A stretch of 64,000 nucleotides of DNA from Candidatus Bathyarchaeia archaeon (GCA_035644815.1 DASQNU010000240.1:11422-75421), one strand, 5' to 3'; counted from the first letter of the stretch, positions 21,048 through 31,321 are shown. Numbers and translations: made by a program. The notes: generated from the sequence alone by a model not told the origin.

Positions 21048-21583
21048 CCTTTGATCCTCCATGGAACTCCAGCAAGGACCGCAAAGACTTCATCCGCATG
21101 GCTGGCCACCTTTTGGTTGGCTTCCCCCAGCACATCGGCGAATCGTCTACCGAGTGGTGTCAGGGCAACACCTCCTAGCCCCACTTCATTCGTCACGATG
21201 ATCACGGTTCCACTGTAAGTGCGGCGGAGCTCGATCAACTGCTCGAGCTCGCGGTAAAGCTCGTTGGTTATCACTTCATCCCGCAGCTTCTCTTCCGGAA
21301 GCTCCATCAATCTACGGCTGATCCAGCCGGACAGACAGTCCAGCAGCACCGCCTGATACTCGCCTGCTGACTGCATCACATCCGTAAGAGATTCATTTAA
21401 CTCCAACAATCCCCAATGTGCAGGGCGCCGTTTCCGATGCTGCCGAATTCGCTCGGCTGTCTCATCATCCCAGGCTTGACCGGTCGCGACGTACAAGATC
21501 CGTTCTCCTTCTGCTGCGACTAATTCCTCGGCGAACCGGCTTTTTCCCGATCGCACGCCGCCGGTAACCATGATCAGCTTCAT
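21044..21583 (-). CDS. cobU: Bifunctional adenosylcobinamide kinase/guanylyltransferase
   Basis: VTGGVRSGKS P-loop, LLDCL, VTNEVGLG, GRRFADVLG. Confidence 0.95.
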   Translation of the reverse strand: MKLIMVTGGVRSGKSRFAEELVAAEGERILYVATGQAWDDETAERIRQHRKRRPAHWGLLELNESLTDVMQSAGEYQAVLLDCLSGWISRRLMELPEEKLRDEVITNELYRELEQLIELRRTYSGTVIIVTNEVGLGGVALTPLGRRFADVLGEANQKVASHADEVFAVLAGVPWRIKG

Positions 21584-21656
21584 GGCCTCTCCCCCCTTAC
21601 CGCTTTCAGCCCCTGTATAACCTAGCGTCCACCTCAATCGGCTGAAATCACTTATT

Positions 21657-22784
21657 CTATGTTTTGTTCAGATCGCATCGACCTGAAGAATGGTCCACTG
21701 TGATCACACCGAGCTCATCCACTAGGCGCTGGTTCTCCTCCCGAGTACGCACTGCGATCCGGAAATGATTCACCGTAAGACCTGGATACTGCGAACAATC
21801 GCGGATCAGGATTCCTTTTTTTCCTAATAGCCGCTGCAGCTCCCCTGCGGGCAAGCTGGCTGGACTGCGTACCAGCAAAAAGTTGGCTTCTCCGTCCCAT
21901 ACCTGCCAACCGAGAGAGTTACGGATCCGCTCCTGTAACCAGCCACGCTCTTCAGCCACCCATTGCCGAGTAGAAGCTGCAAATTCCGTTTCCTGCATAC
22001 AGACTTCCCCCGCAAGCAGGGCGAGTTGATTAACACTCCATGTTACCTGCTTGTTTTTCATGCGCTTCACCATCTCAGGATGCGCGATGCTATATCCTAG
22101 ACGTAGTCCGGGAATCGCGAACATCTTGGTCAGCGAGCGAATCAGAATCACCCTGGGAAAACGCCGAAGTTCCGTAAGTAAGGAAAACTGCCTATCCTCC
22201 GGTACAAAATCAAGGAAGGCCTCATCCACCACGAGAATCGTTCCTGTCTCATCCGTCCACTCGGCCATCTGCAGCCATTCCTCCCGCTCATACAACAAGC
22301 CGGTCGGATTGTTAGGAGAGCCGACAAAGATTAGGTCTGACTCAACGAAAAGCCTGTGCATTTGCTCCATCTCTGCCTGGTATCCATGTTCTTCCTTTCC
22401 GTAGATGGCCACCACCTCCGCGCAGAACTGACTGGCCAGCTGCGCATACTCGGAAAAGCAGGGATACACAACGCCAACCTTTGCCGGCTGCAGTGCCAGT
22501 ATCGCGAGCGACATGCATTCCGCCGCCCCATTGCAAGGAAGCAGCCAGTCAGCCCCTAGCTGGAGCTTGGCTGCGAGAGCCTTTCGGAAGCTCCGGTGTG
22601 CTGGATCCGGGTAGTGAACAATCCCGCTCAGCGCTGACTGCAGTGTTTCCAGAAGCCGTACAGGAGGGCCAAGCGGATTGATATTTGCGCTGAAGTCTAT
22701 CATTTCATGTGGTGCACGTTCGAAAAGTTCCGCTGCGGTTACCAGATCTCCGCCATGACCATACCGCTCGATCCCGGTCATCAT
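21657..22784 (-). CDS. cobD: L-threonine-O-3-phosphate decarboxylase
   Basis: HGG..DFSANINPLG, PNNPTG, VDEAFLDF, PLP-lysine motif SLTKMFAIPGLRLGY. Confidence 0.92.
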   Translation of the reverse strand: MMTGIERYGHGGDLVTAAELFERAPHEMIDFSANINPLGPPVRLLETLQSALSGIVHYPDPAHRSFRKALAAKLQLGADWLLPCNGAAECMSLAILALQPAKVGVVYPCFSEYAQLASQFCAEVVAIYGKEEHGYQAEMEQMHRLFVESDLIFVGSPNNPTGLLYEREEWLQMAEWTDETGTILVVDEAFLDFVPEDRQFSLLTELRRFPRVILIRSLTKMFAIPGLRLGYSIAHPEMVKRMKNKQVTWSVNQLALLAGEVCMQETEFAASTRQWVAEERGWLQERIRNSLGWQVWDGEANFLLVRSPASLPAGELQRLLGKKGILIRDCSQYPGLTVNHFRIAVRTREENQRLVDELGVITVDHSSGRCDLNKT

Positions 22785-23332
22785 CAGAACTCGATCCCCA
22801 GTACAGCTGGCACGCCTTCATCGTAATAGTGCTTGGCCGCCTTCATCTCTGTCACCAAGTCCGCTGCGTCAATCACTTCCTGCTTGGCGCTCCTGCCAGT
22901 GATCACCAGATGCATCCCCTGAGGACGGTCGTTAATCAGCTCCAGCACCTCGCCAAGCGGCAGGACATCCTCGATAGGAAAGCGGTCAATTGCAAGGGCG
23001 TTGTTCAGCTCGTCCAGAATCACCACATCGAATCCGCCGTTCATTACTTTCTCTTTCGTGAACTGCCATGCGCGTTGAAGAGCCTGCCTGTGTTCCTCGG
23101 GTGTCTTGGTCCATGTAAAGCCTACGCCTGTTTGATAAATCTCGATCCCCAATTGATCAAAGACGATCTTTTCACCATAGGTTCGCTCGGCGGATTTGAT
23201 ATATTGTATGACCAACACCCGTTTCCCGCGGCCTTTGGCACGTACGGCCAGTCCCAGCGCTGCCGTCGTTTTCCCTTTGCCATCGCCGGTATACACCAGG
23301 ACGAGCCCGCGTTTCTTGTCTGGTTTTTGCAT
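22784..23332 (-). CDS. cobO: Cob(I)yrinic acid a,c-diamide adenosyltransferase (CobO/BtuR)
   Basis: VYTGDGKGKTTAALG, VILDEL, ITGR, ADLVTEM. Confidence 0.95.
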   Translation of the reverse strand: MQKPDKKRGLVLVYTGDGKGKTTAALGLAVRAKGRGKRVLVIQYIKSAERTYGEKIVFDQLGIEIYQTGVGFTWTKTPEEHRQALQRAWQFTKEKVMNGGFDVVILDELNNALAIDRFPIEDVLPLGEVLELINDRPQGMHLVITGRSAKQEVIDAADLVTEMKAAKHYYDEGVPAVLGIEF

Positions 23333-23385
23333 CCTTCCGTTCCCTCTTTCCGCACCCCTACCAGTGAGGTCGATTTATTGCCGCA

Positions 23386-23432
23386 AACAAAAAACGCCTT
23401 ATTTTCCCAATTCCGAGCAGGAAAACAAAGCG
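23386..23432 (-). terminator. Expression-platform terminator of the upstream cobalamin riboswitch
   Basis: CGCTTTGTTTTCC/GGAAAATAAGGCG stem followed by TTTTTTGTTTG. Confidence 0.8.
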
Positions 23433-23491
23433 TGAAAGGCACGACGGTCCTCACCTTTTCCTTTGACCCGAAGGAAAAACAGTGTTACACA

Positions 23492-23681
23492 AAATAGGCA
23501 GGTCTCCAGGCTCGAGGATCTTCGCATACCTTCTCCTTCCCGTCGCATATGAGCGACAGTGGATGGCGGAAAACCGTGAAGGACTACTCCCCTCTTACTG
23601 TGGCGGGACCGCGTTGGATTTGCACCAAACTTCCCTTTTAACCTCACCTGCGGGCATTGCTCGTCAAATGAGGACCTATTT
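23492..23681 (-). ncRNA. Cobalamin riboswitch upstream of cobO
   Basis: AGGGAAGTTTGGTGCAAATCCAACGCGGTCCCGCCACAGT, GGGAAGG and AGCCTGGAGACCTGCC; P1 pairs AAATAGGT with GCCTATTT. Confidence 0.95.
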
Positions 23682-23758
23682 GCGATGTTATGCAATTTTT
23701 GTAAATACTAAATCCATTTCATTGTAACAAGAGATGGAGAATATTCAAGTGAAAATTT

Positions 23759-24814
23759 TTACGAAAACACCTTTACACGATTCCTTCCTTCTTGTTTCGC
23801 CTTATACAGCGCAGTATCAGCTCTACTAATCAATTGTCCGATTGACTCGCAAGAAGTAGAAACCTCAGAAGCAACACCTATACTTAACGTAATTACGCTG
23901 CTCACCTTTGACGTTTTGTGCGGAATCATCAATGCTCTCACCCGCTCTATTACATTCTGGGCAAGTTGTACTGCACTTTCTTTGCTGGTATCAGGAAGGA
24001 CTACTATAAATTCTTCCCCGCCATATCTAGCTACCATTTGTGCTGGATGTGTAAAGAAAGAACGAAGGGTCTGTGCTACTTGTTTCAAACAGTCATCGCC
24101 TTTGATATGACCGTAAGTATCGTTATATTGTTTAAAATAATCCAGGTCCATCATCATGATTGTGAGAGGGGCACCACTTTTCGCAGATTTCTCCCATTGT
24201 ATTTTAAGGAAATCTTCTAGCTCCCTACGATTGTATAGTTCTGTAAGGGCATCTTTGCTGCTTAGAAACCGTAGTTTTTGCAAAGCTTGATCGAGAAGGC
24301 GGTTCTTATAGCGTAATTCTATCTCCGTAACCACCCATTGACTAAACTCTTCAAGTAGATGCGTATTCGTATCATTCCATTCCCTAGGCTGATAATCGAT
24401 CAGGCATAAACTCCCTAGTGTATTACCGGTCTTCGTGCGCAGAGGGACTCCTGCGTAAAAGCGGACACCATAGTCCTGCACAAGCGGGAGATCCTTAAAA
24501 CGGTTGTCTTCCAACGCATTCGTGACAATAAACGGTTCACAATAGGTAACAACGTATTGGCAGAAAGACTCTTCTCGCTTTGTTGATCTAGTATTCTCCA
24601 GACCACCTGGAAGTCCGACACAGGATTTAAACCATTGCCGGTCTTCAGTCACGATCGAAATCAAGCATGTAGGAATGTGAAAAACTTGACTTACAATACT
24701 TGTTATCCGATCAAAGCATGTCTCAGGTAATGTGTCTGCTATATTGAGCTCCCGTAATTCCTGTATTCTTTCCTGTTCAGGACGGAACGAAGAGTCATTC
24801 TTGTTACTAAGCAT
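23759..24814 (-). CDS. GAF-GGDEF diguanylate cyclase
   Basis: GAF domain (FCQYVV, RFYAGVPLRT, GSLCLID) plus D.LT.LYNRR, DLDYFKQYNDTYGH and RYGGEEF. Confidence 0.92.
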   Translation of the reverse strand: MLSNKNDSSFRPEQERIQELRELNIADTLPETCFDRITSIVSQVFHIPTCLISIVTEDRQWFKSCVGLPGGLENTRSTKREESFCQYVVTYCEPFIVTNALEDNRFKDLPLVQDYGVRFYAGVPLRTKTGNTLGSLCLIDYQPREWNDTNTHLLEEFSQWVVTEIELRYKNRLLDQALQKLRFLSSKDALTELYNRRELEDFLKIQWEKSAKSGAPLTIMMMDLDYFKQYNDTYGHIKGDDCLKQVAQTLRSFFTHPAQMVARYGGEEFIVVLPDTSKESAVQLAQNVIERVRALMIPHKTSKVSSVITLSIGVASEVSTSCESIGQLISRADTALYKAKQEGRNRVKVFS

Positions 24815-25071
24815 AAAGGTGTAAAAACCTCCTTGCATTTAGGGATCAAATTTTCAAATTACAATTTATTTCCCCCTAATGAACATGCTGAAACGCTTAA
24901 TCCCAAAATCGTATATTTGATGTATAGGTACAACTAGAGTTCCATATAAAAAGACGCCCGGGCTTTATCCGAGCGCTTTTCAGTATGTTGGCCAATCCAC
25001 AGGGAGATCGGAATTACGTGAACACCCAATAGTAACACTCGAACAGACTCGTCTGCAGATGGATTTTGCCA

Positions 25072-26298
25072 TTACATGATGTTCGTTTTTTTTCCAATGA
25101 TAACGGAACCACGATGACCCGTTGCCAATTTTGCCAATAGTACAGAAAGCACGAGTCCTAGCACTAAAAACCCCGCGATGATGCTTACAACCCCACCCCA
25201 TCCAAACGATGACCAAAACAACCCAGCAGTCGTTCCTCCAATACTGGAGCCCACATAGTAAAAGCATAGATAGAGTGAAGAAGCCTGAGCCTTGTTATGA
25301 GGAGCGCGTCGTCCCACCCAACCGCTAGCAATGGAATGACCCCCGAAGAAGCCAAACGTCATGATCGGCAACCCCAGTATCTTTATCCATAGGTTGCTAT
25401 CCAATGTCAAGCAGGTGCCTGCAAATGTAATCAATAAAGAGAGTGCCATTACTTTATGTTGCCCGTGTTTCCTTGCCATCTTCGCGACCCACACGGAACT
25501 ATACATCCCGACAAGGTAGACGAGGAAAATCCATCCAACAAGTGTCTGACTAAGTGAGTAAGGCGGTGCGGTTAGTACATATCCTATGTAATTAAACAAC
25601 GCAGCATTGCTAGCTAAGAGAAGAAATCCAATACTATACAATAGAAAGAGGATAGGATCCTTCAAATGACTGACCAAGGCGGTAAACAGCATACCGATTT
25701 TCGGCGAACGAGGAATAAAATTTTGGGAATTCGGCAAATAGACAAAAAATATCAGACAAGCAAGTATGCTGATGAAGCTAATCGTACCCAGTGCCACGTG
25801 CCAGTTGAACATGTCCGTTAGCATGCCGGAGAAAATTCGACCTGCTACAGCTCCGAGAGAATTTCCACTAATATAGAGCCCCATCGCTATGCCTAGACTT
25901 TCCGGCTCCATCTCCTCACTCAGATAGGCCATGGCAATAGAAGGAAGTCCGCCCAAAGCAAATCCCTGAATCACTCGGAAAACTAGCATAAATTCATACG
26001 TTGGACTGATTGCAGTCAGAATGGACAAGATCGAGGCTGCAATCATGGACATCATCATTACGCGTTTGCGGCCCCAAATCTCTGATAATGAACCAAACAA
26101 CAGCATGCCAATTGCCAAAGATATGGTAGTCACCGAAAGTGACAGACTTGCCAATGTTGGCGATATGTGAAATTCTTTTGTGAATTCGGGCATCAATGGT
26201 TGTGTACTGTACAATATCGCAAATGTGTTGAACCCTGCCGCAAAGAAGGCGATATTTGATTTTCGAAAAGCGTGTGAACCTTGTGTGATATAACCCAT
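25072..26298 (-). CDS. MFS transporter (YnfM-like)
   Basis: YSTQPLMP, SEIWGRKRVM motif A, about 12 hydrophobic segments. Confidence 0.88.
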   Translation of the reverse strand: MGYITQGSHAFRKSNIAFFAAGFNTFAILYSTQPLMPEFTKEFHISPTLASLSLSVTTISLAIGMLLFGSLSEIWGRKRVMMMSMIAASILSILTAISPTYEFMLVFRVIQGFALGGLPSIAMAYLSEEMEPESLGIAMGLYISGNSLGAVAGRIFSGMLTDMFNWHVALGTISFISILACLIFFVYLPNSQNFIPRSPKIGMLFTALVSHLKDPILFLLYSIGFLLLASNAALFNYIGYVLTAPPYSLSQTLVGWIFLVYLVGMYSSVWVAKMARKHGQHKVMALSLLITFAGTCLTLDSNLWIKILGLPIMTFGFFGGHSIASGWVGRRAPHNKAQASSLYLCFYYVGSSIGGTTAGLFWSSFGWGGVVSIIAGFLVLGLVLSVLLAKLATGHRGSVIIGKKTNIM

Positions 26299-26439
26299 GC
26301 TGAAGGATACCTCCCATACGCTCTGTTCACACTTTTATACTATCACCGGCCATTCATGATGTATAATTGATTATAATTATGCGTTTCATGCACACAGGTA
26401 ATAGATCGTCGCTATTTTCCCATGACGGAGGATTCATAC

Positions 26440-27324
26440 ATGGAGTGGCAACAACTCGAATACTTTCAAACTTTGGCTCGCCTGCAGCACGTTACTCGAG
26501 CGGCAGAATTCTTGTCTATTTCCCAGCCGGCACTGAGTCGTTCCATCGCTCGACTGGAAGAGGAACTGGGTGTCCCTCTATTTACACGTCAAGGCCGTAC
26601 CATCATGCTTAACCGCTATGGCAAGCTTTTCTTGCATCGAGTAGACAGAATTTTGGCGGAATTTCATAATGGCAAACAAGAGCTTCACGATCTGGTACAT
26701 CCCGAACATGGTGAGGTTGCGTTAGGATTTTTGCATACACTCGGGACCAGCATCATTCCTGATTTGATTGGTACTTTTCGTACGCTCTCTCCGTCCATCC
26801 GCTTTCAATTAATTCAAAATCACAGTTATTCATTGTTAGACCACATGAACGAAGGAGAGTTAGATCTTTGTCTGATTGCAGAGCCGACTGAAACAAAAAT
26901 GCATATTCAATGGGTGCCTCTATGGACCGAAGAAATTTTTGCCATACTTCCCCCATGGCATCCTTTGGCGGAATGCAAAAGCATTATGCTGGAAGAAATC
27001 GCGGATGAATCTTTCATTTTTTTAAAGAAGGGATATGCGCTACGTGAGACAACCGATCGTTTATTCCGGCAATTAGGAATTAACCCAAAGGTCACGTTTG
27101 AAGGAGAGGAAGTCGCTACTGTCGCGGGTCTAGTAGGTGCTGGATTGGGTGTTTCCCTCCTCCCCGATGTAGGAATGGACAAGTCGAAAACCGTGCAAAT
27201 TCATGTTCGGCAGCCGAAATGCAATCGTGTCATTGGGATGGCTTTTATTGAGGAACGGTACTTGTCTCCTGCTGCCTTACAATTCAAAGCGTTTGTGATG
27301 GAGCATTTTGGTAAAATAAAATGA
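26440..27324 (+). CDS. LysR family regulator divergent from the MFS gene
   Basis: MEWQQLEYF..HVTRAAEFLSISQPALSRSI HTH; GGAGG RBS. Confidence 0.92.
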   Translation: MEWQQLEYFQTLARLQHVTRAAEFLSISQPALSRSIARLEEELGVPLFTRQGRTIMLNRYGKLFLHRVDRILAEFHNGKQELHDLVHPEHGEVALGFLHTLGTSIIPDLIGTFRTLSPSIRFQLIQNHSYSLLDHMNEGELDLCLIAEPTETKMHIQWVPLWTEEIFAILPPWHPLAECKSIMLEEIADESFIFLKKGYALRETTDRLFRQLGINPKVTFEGEEVATVAGLVGAGLGVSLLPDVGMDKSKTVQIHVRQPKCNRVIGMAFIEERYLSPAALQFKAFVMEHFGKIK

Positions 27325-27360
27325 TCATGTAGTTGAGCTTTTTGAATCGAATGATTACAA

Positions 27361-27408
27361 AAAAATCAGCGGCAGTCTAGGAAGGATAAGGTCCTAGATT
27401 GCCGCTGA
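27361..27408. terminator. Long hairpin between convergent genes (probable terminator)
   Basis: TCAGCGGCAGTCTAGG/CCTAGATTGCCGCTGA inverted repeat. Confidence 0.7.
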
Positions 27409-27425
27409 TATGTTCATAACGTATC

Positions 27426-27800
27426 TTATCGGAAGTTGTGAAGAGCATGAAGGGCTTCCTCTTTATCTGCTAAAAAGAATACATGCTTTCCGTTATTACA
27501 TTCATAAATAAAATCCTTTAGACTCTTACTGTTGTATATATCAAATTTTCCAACAATCGCTAGTTTCACATGATAGTTCACAAATTTTTGTAATATTTCA
27601 CCTGCCAGTTTCGTTCTTAACTCGAAGAACTCCTCCGGTAGGTTCGTTTGGAAAATGATCATTTTATTACATTCATAGTTATAAGAAACCGAAGCTATTA
27701 GATCCAATGCATCTTGAATATCGCGAATCAATAGTTCAGAACTCTCTATAATCGCAACCTTTGAGTCCCCGTTTTGGTCGACTGTTATATTCACTCTCAC
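27426..27800 (-). CDS. DUF4180 domain protein
   Basis: DALDL..LPEEFFELRTKLAGEILQKFVNY..KLAIVG..S.SL.DFIYE pattern. Confidence 0.85.
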   Translation of the reverse strand: MRVNITVDQNGDSKVAIIESSELLIRDIQDALDLIASVSYNYECNKMIIFQTNLPEEFFELRTKLAGEILQKFVNYHVKLAIVGKFDIYNSKSLKDFIYECNNGKHVFFLADKEEALHALHNFR

Positions 27801-27880
27801 TCCACCTTATCGCAAAATTGTATTTTTTGACTCTACTGACATCCCAATATTCATTTTTTACAAGCTCTACGTAACAGGCA

Positions 27881-29032
27881 TTACCCCTCCATTGTGCCCA
27901 TATTTCTCGACAATCTCGATTGAATAAGGACAAAAACCAAAGTGGAGATGGCAACCGACACTGCACAAACTACAAACAACATAGCGTATCCCGTATGCTG
28001 TGAGACCCATCCCAACATTATCGACCCGATTCCGATGCCAAGATCAAACGCGGTCAAGAATGATGCGTTGGCGACTCCCTTTTTGCCTGGAGGAACCAAG
28101 CGCAAATTCAACGCTTGTAGAGCTGGTTGTGCTGAACCAAACCCGATCCCGTAAAGGACAGCGGCGATAATAACAGAGATCAATCCACTCGAAAAGCTCA
28201 GCACTACCAGTGACAAAATCGTAACGATAAGGGACGGAACAATCACAAAGCCCTCCCCCATTCGATCTGAGAGCTTCCCTGCAATCGGTCGCGCGAGCGT
28301 TAATGACAAGGCATAAACCAAGAAAAAGGTTCCAGGATTGATCTGAATGGATACCGCGTATAAAGGCAAAAAGGTCGTGATGCCCCCGTACGCAACCGCC
28401 AGAAAGAAAAGGCAAATCGTGACGGGAAGGACCGATTTATCGAATAATTCAATTCTTCCCGTTGCTGCTTTTGGCTGGTCCGGGATGCGGGTCGCATATA
28501 CCAACAAGAACGCTGCAGCGGATAGGCCTGTCGCCACTAAAAAAATGGCATGGAAGGACCCGTTTTGCAACACCCATACACCCAACATAGGACCTGTTGC
28601 CATGGCGACTGTCATCGCAAGACCAAACCAACCCATACCTTCTCCCCTTCGTGATTCCGGAATCATATCCGTAACGGAAGTAATGACTGCAGTTGTAGAG
28701 AAAGCCCAACTTGCACCATGAAGCACACGCAGTACCAGCAAACTCATCATGCCGCCAACCCAGTCGTACAGATACATCGACAGGATAAATAGGAGAAGTC
28801 CGCCAATCATAAACGGCCTTCTCCCATATCGATCCAACAGTCCCCCTACAAGTGGACGGAAAATCACCGCTGTTAACGTAAAAGCACCTGCCGCCAATCC
28901 CACTTCTGACTCGCTTCCGCCGATTTCTTTTATAAAAAGCGGCATAGTGGGCAGCAACAAATAAAACCCTATAAAAAGGATCAACATTCCTAACGTCATT
29001 TGGATAAAGGGCTTCGTCCATATTCGATCCAT
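27881..29032 (-). CDS. MFS transporter
   Basis: GGLLDRYGRR motif A and repeated GKLSDRMG motif. Confidence 0.9.
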   Translation of the reverse strand: MDRIWTKPFIQMTLGMLILFIGFYLLLPTMPLFIKEIGGSESEVGLAAGAFTLTAVIFRPLVGGLLDRYGRRPFMIGGLLLFILSMYLYDWVGGMMSLLVLRVLHGASWAFSTTAVITSVTDMIPESRRGEGMGWFGLAMTVAMATGPMLGVWVLQNGSFHAIFLVATGLSAAAFLLVYATRIPDQPKAATGRIELFDKSVLPVTICLFFLAVAYGGITTFLPLYAVSIQINPGTFFLVYALSLTLARPIAGKLSDRMGEGFVIVPSLIVTILSLVVLSFSSGLISVIIAAVLYGIGFGSAQPALQALNLRLVPPGKKGVANASFLTAFDLGIGIGSIMLGWVSQHTGYAMLFVVCAVSVAISTLVFVLIQSRLSRNMGTMEG

Positions 29033-29069
29033 GTTATCCTCCTAACCGGCACACCCAATGTGCCCATAC

Positions 29070-29621
29070 TTAGTCTTCCTGTGCCCGTATTCGTTCTATT
29101 TCTTCCTTCACCCACTGGATTTCAACCTCGGCAAGTCGTAAACGATGGTCAAATACCCGTAACAGTTGGACACGTTGCTTTTCAGGTTCCGGCTTGGTGG
29201 ATAAGAGAACATTTTCAAAGTTTGAAACAGCCTCGTGGTTCTCCTCCAGAATCTGCAGATATTGATGAAGGCATTCCAGGCGTATTTCTTTGGGAACGTA
29301 CTGAAAATACACCATTTTAAAGCGAAACGTAAGTTGTGTCTCGATATCCAAGGTTGAATCAAACGGTGATGTCATCAACTCCAGGAATCGATCAGCACCG
29401 GATTTTGTGATTCCGTATATTTTTCTGGTTCGACCTCCTATCGTTTCCTCCTCGAATCGCAAATGGATCCACCCTTCTTCCGTCATACGGGATAACAATG
29501 GATACAATGTTCCCGGGCTAATCTTCCGTCCAAGCCCAACCGAATTTTTTAGAACATCCAGCAGCATATAGCCGTGTTTCTCACCCGTCATCAGCTCACC
29601 CAGGATAAATAATTCGTACAA
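29070..29621 (-). CDS. PadR family transcriptional regulator
   Basis: ILGEL..HGY..ISPGTLYPLLSRM..GW..RKIYGITKSG. Confidence 0.9.
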   Translation of the reverse strand: MYELFILGELMTGEKHGYMLLDVLKNSVGLGRKISPGTLYPLLSRMTEEGWIHLRFEEETIGGRTRKIYGITKSGADRFLELMTSPFDSTLDIETQLTFRFKMVYFQYVPKEIRLECLHQYLQILEENHEAVSNFENVLLSTKPEPEKQRVQLLRVFDHRLRLAEVEIQWVKEEIERIRAQED

Positions 29622-29643
29622 TCCACATTCACCACCTTTCTAC

Positions 29644-29690
29644 ATATGTCGTTCCGATATATATGTATATAATATGTCAACTCGATATAT
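29644..29690. promoter_or_regulatory. Two tandem 19-bp imperfect palindromes upstream of padR (candidate operators)
   Basis: ATATGTCgttcCGATATAT (29644-29662) and ATATGTCaactCGATATAT (29672-29690). Confidence 0.6.
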
Positions 29691-29724
29691 GTGTACATAT
29701 TTTTTTGCTAAAATTTGAGCATCG

Positions 29725-29764
29725 AAAAAAAACAGCCACGAAAATCGTGACTGCTGCTGTTTTT
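29725..29764 (-). terminator. Terminator after arsC
   Basis: GC hairpin flanked by A and T runs. Confidence 0.6.
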
Positions 29765-29785
29765 ACATATGATGCGAATACTCTT

Positions 29786-30211
29786 TTACTTACCTTCCCG
29801 AATGAATGCTTCCATACGGTTTTTAATCGAATCTCGAACGGTACGGAAGCTATTCATGATTTCTTCTTCCGTTCCAGTTGCTTTTGCTGGGTCATCGAAT
29901 CCCCAATGCCATCTTTCCGCCTTATCGTTATTTACAACTGGGCAGTTATCGTTTGCATGACCGCATAAGGTAATAATGTAATCCGCTTTCCTTAATATTT
30001 CAGGGTCAATGACATCGGAAGTGTGATGGCTAATATCTACTCCTGCTTCCCTCATGACTTCAACCGCTCGCGGATTTAACCCATGTGCTTCTAAGCCTGC
30101 GCTTTTCACTTCATACTTGTCGCTACCCCGTGCATGTAAAAATCCGTGAGCCATCTGACTTCTGCAAGAATTCCCTGTGCAAAGAAAATACACTAATTTT
30201 TTGTTGTCCAT
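29786..30211 (-). CDS. arsC: Thioredoxin-dependent arsenate reductase (LMW-PTP fold)
   Basis: CTGNSCRS P-loop, [11 protein letters not shown] redox cysteines, HWGFDDP. Confidence 0.96.
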   Translation of the reverse strand: MDNKKLVYFLCTGNSCRSQMAHGFLHARGSDKYEVKSAGLEAHGLNPRAVEVMREAGVDISHHTSDVIDPEILRKADYIITLCGHANDNCPVVNNDKAERWHWGFDDPAKATGTEEEIMNSFRTVRDSIKNRMEAFIREGK

Positions 30212-30241
30212 GTTCGATCTCCTTTTCTTCTCAAACGACGA

Positions 30242-31303
30242 TTATTGTTTTGCTAACGGCTTTTGAAAATATTTCTTCTGAAACCAAAGGGCAACGTTGA
30301 CCAAGGCAATCATGACAGGCACTTCTACAAGAGGGCCGATTACTGCTGCAAAGGCAGCCCCCGAATGTATACCAAATACCCCAACTGCTACTGCAATCGC
30401 TAATTCAAAGTTGTTGCTTGCAGCGGTAAAAGCAAGCGTAGATGTTACAGGATAATTGGCGCCTGCCTTTTTCCCTATGAAGAAGGAAACCAAGAACATC
30501 ACTACAAAATAAATGAGCAGTGGAATGGCGATACGAACAACATCTAACGGCAATGCAACGATCATTTCGCCTTTCAGCGAAAACATCACAGCAATGGTAA
30601 ATATTAAGGCAATCAAAGTGATGGGGCTGATTTTCGGTATGAACACCTTTTCATACCACTCACGCCCTTTTCTCTTTACTAACGAATAACGAGTAACCAT
30701 CCCAGCAAGGAACGGAATACCCAAGTAAACAAAAACACTTTTTGCCACTTCAACAATGGTAATGTCAACAACCATTCCCTGAAATCCAAACCAACCGGGC
30801 ATGACGGTAATGAAAAAATACGTGTACACGGAGTAAAACAACACTTGAAAAATTGAGTTAAAGGCAACTAGTCCGGCTGCGTATTCCGTATCACCCTTAC
30901 AAAGATCGTTCCAAACGATTACCATTGCAATACAGCGTGCCAACCCAATCATGATAAGTCCAACCATATACTCCGGATATCCTTGCAAACAGACGATTGC
31001 CAAGACAAACATGAGGACGGGACCAATCACCCAGTTTTGAATCAGAGAAAGTCCCAATACCTTCGTATCTCGGAAGACGCGACCAAGCTCCTCATAACGA
31101 ACTTTGGCCAACGGTGGATACATCATCAGGATCAAACCAATCGCGATCGGGATAGAAGTGGTGCCTACTTGAAAATGATTGAGGACACCTACTAGGTTGG
31201 GGAAAATAAAGCTAGCTCCGATGCCCGCAGCCATCGCTACAAAAATCCACACAGTTAGATAGCGGTCTAAAAAAGACAATTTTTTGCCTGACTTTTCACT
31301 CAC
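30242..31303 (-). CDS. acr3: Acr3 family arsenite efflux pump
   Basis: [42 protein letters not shown]. Confidence 0.96.
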   Translation of the reverse strand: MSEKSGKKLSFLDRYLTVWIFVAMAAGIGASFIFPNLVGVLNHFQVGTTSIPIAIGLILMMYPPLAKVRYEELGRVFRDTKVLGLSLIQNWVIGPVLMFVLAIVCLQGYPEYMVGLIMIGLARCIAMVIVWNDLCKGDTEYAAGLVAFNSIFQVLFYSVYTYFFITVMPGWFGFQGMVVDITIVEVAKSVFVYLGIPFLAGMVTRYSLVKRKGREWYEKVFIPKISPITLIALIFTIAVMFSLKGEMIVALPLDVVRIAIPLLIYFVVMFLVSFFIGKKAGANYPVTSTLAFTAASNNFELAIAVAVGVFGIHSGAAFAAVIGPLVEVPVMIALVNVALWFQKKYFQKPLAKQ

Positions 31304-31321
31304 TCGAATAGTTCTCCTTTC

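Noticed and set aside
24980-25267. 95-aa ORF suggesting a frameshifted MFS C-terminus
   Set aside because: The 408-aa MFS is already full length; the alternative frame has no recognisable features.
29655-29682. dif-like half site (TATATA spacer + ATATGTCAACT, similar to the Bacillus dif right arm)
   Set aside because: The left arm does not resemble dif, and the sequence is better explained as one of two tandem padR operators.
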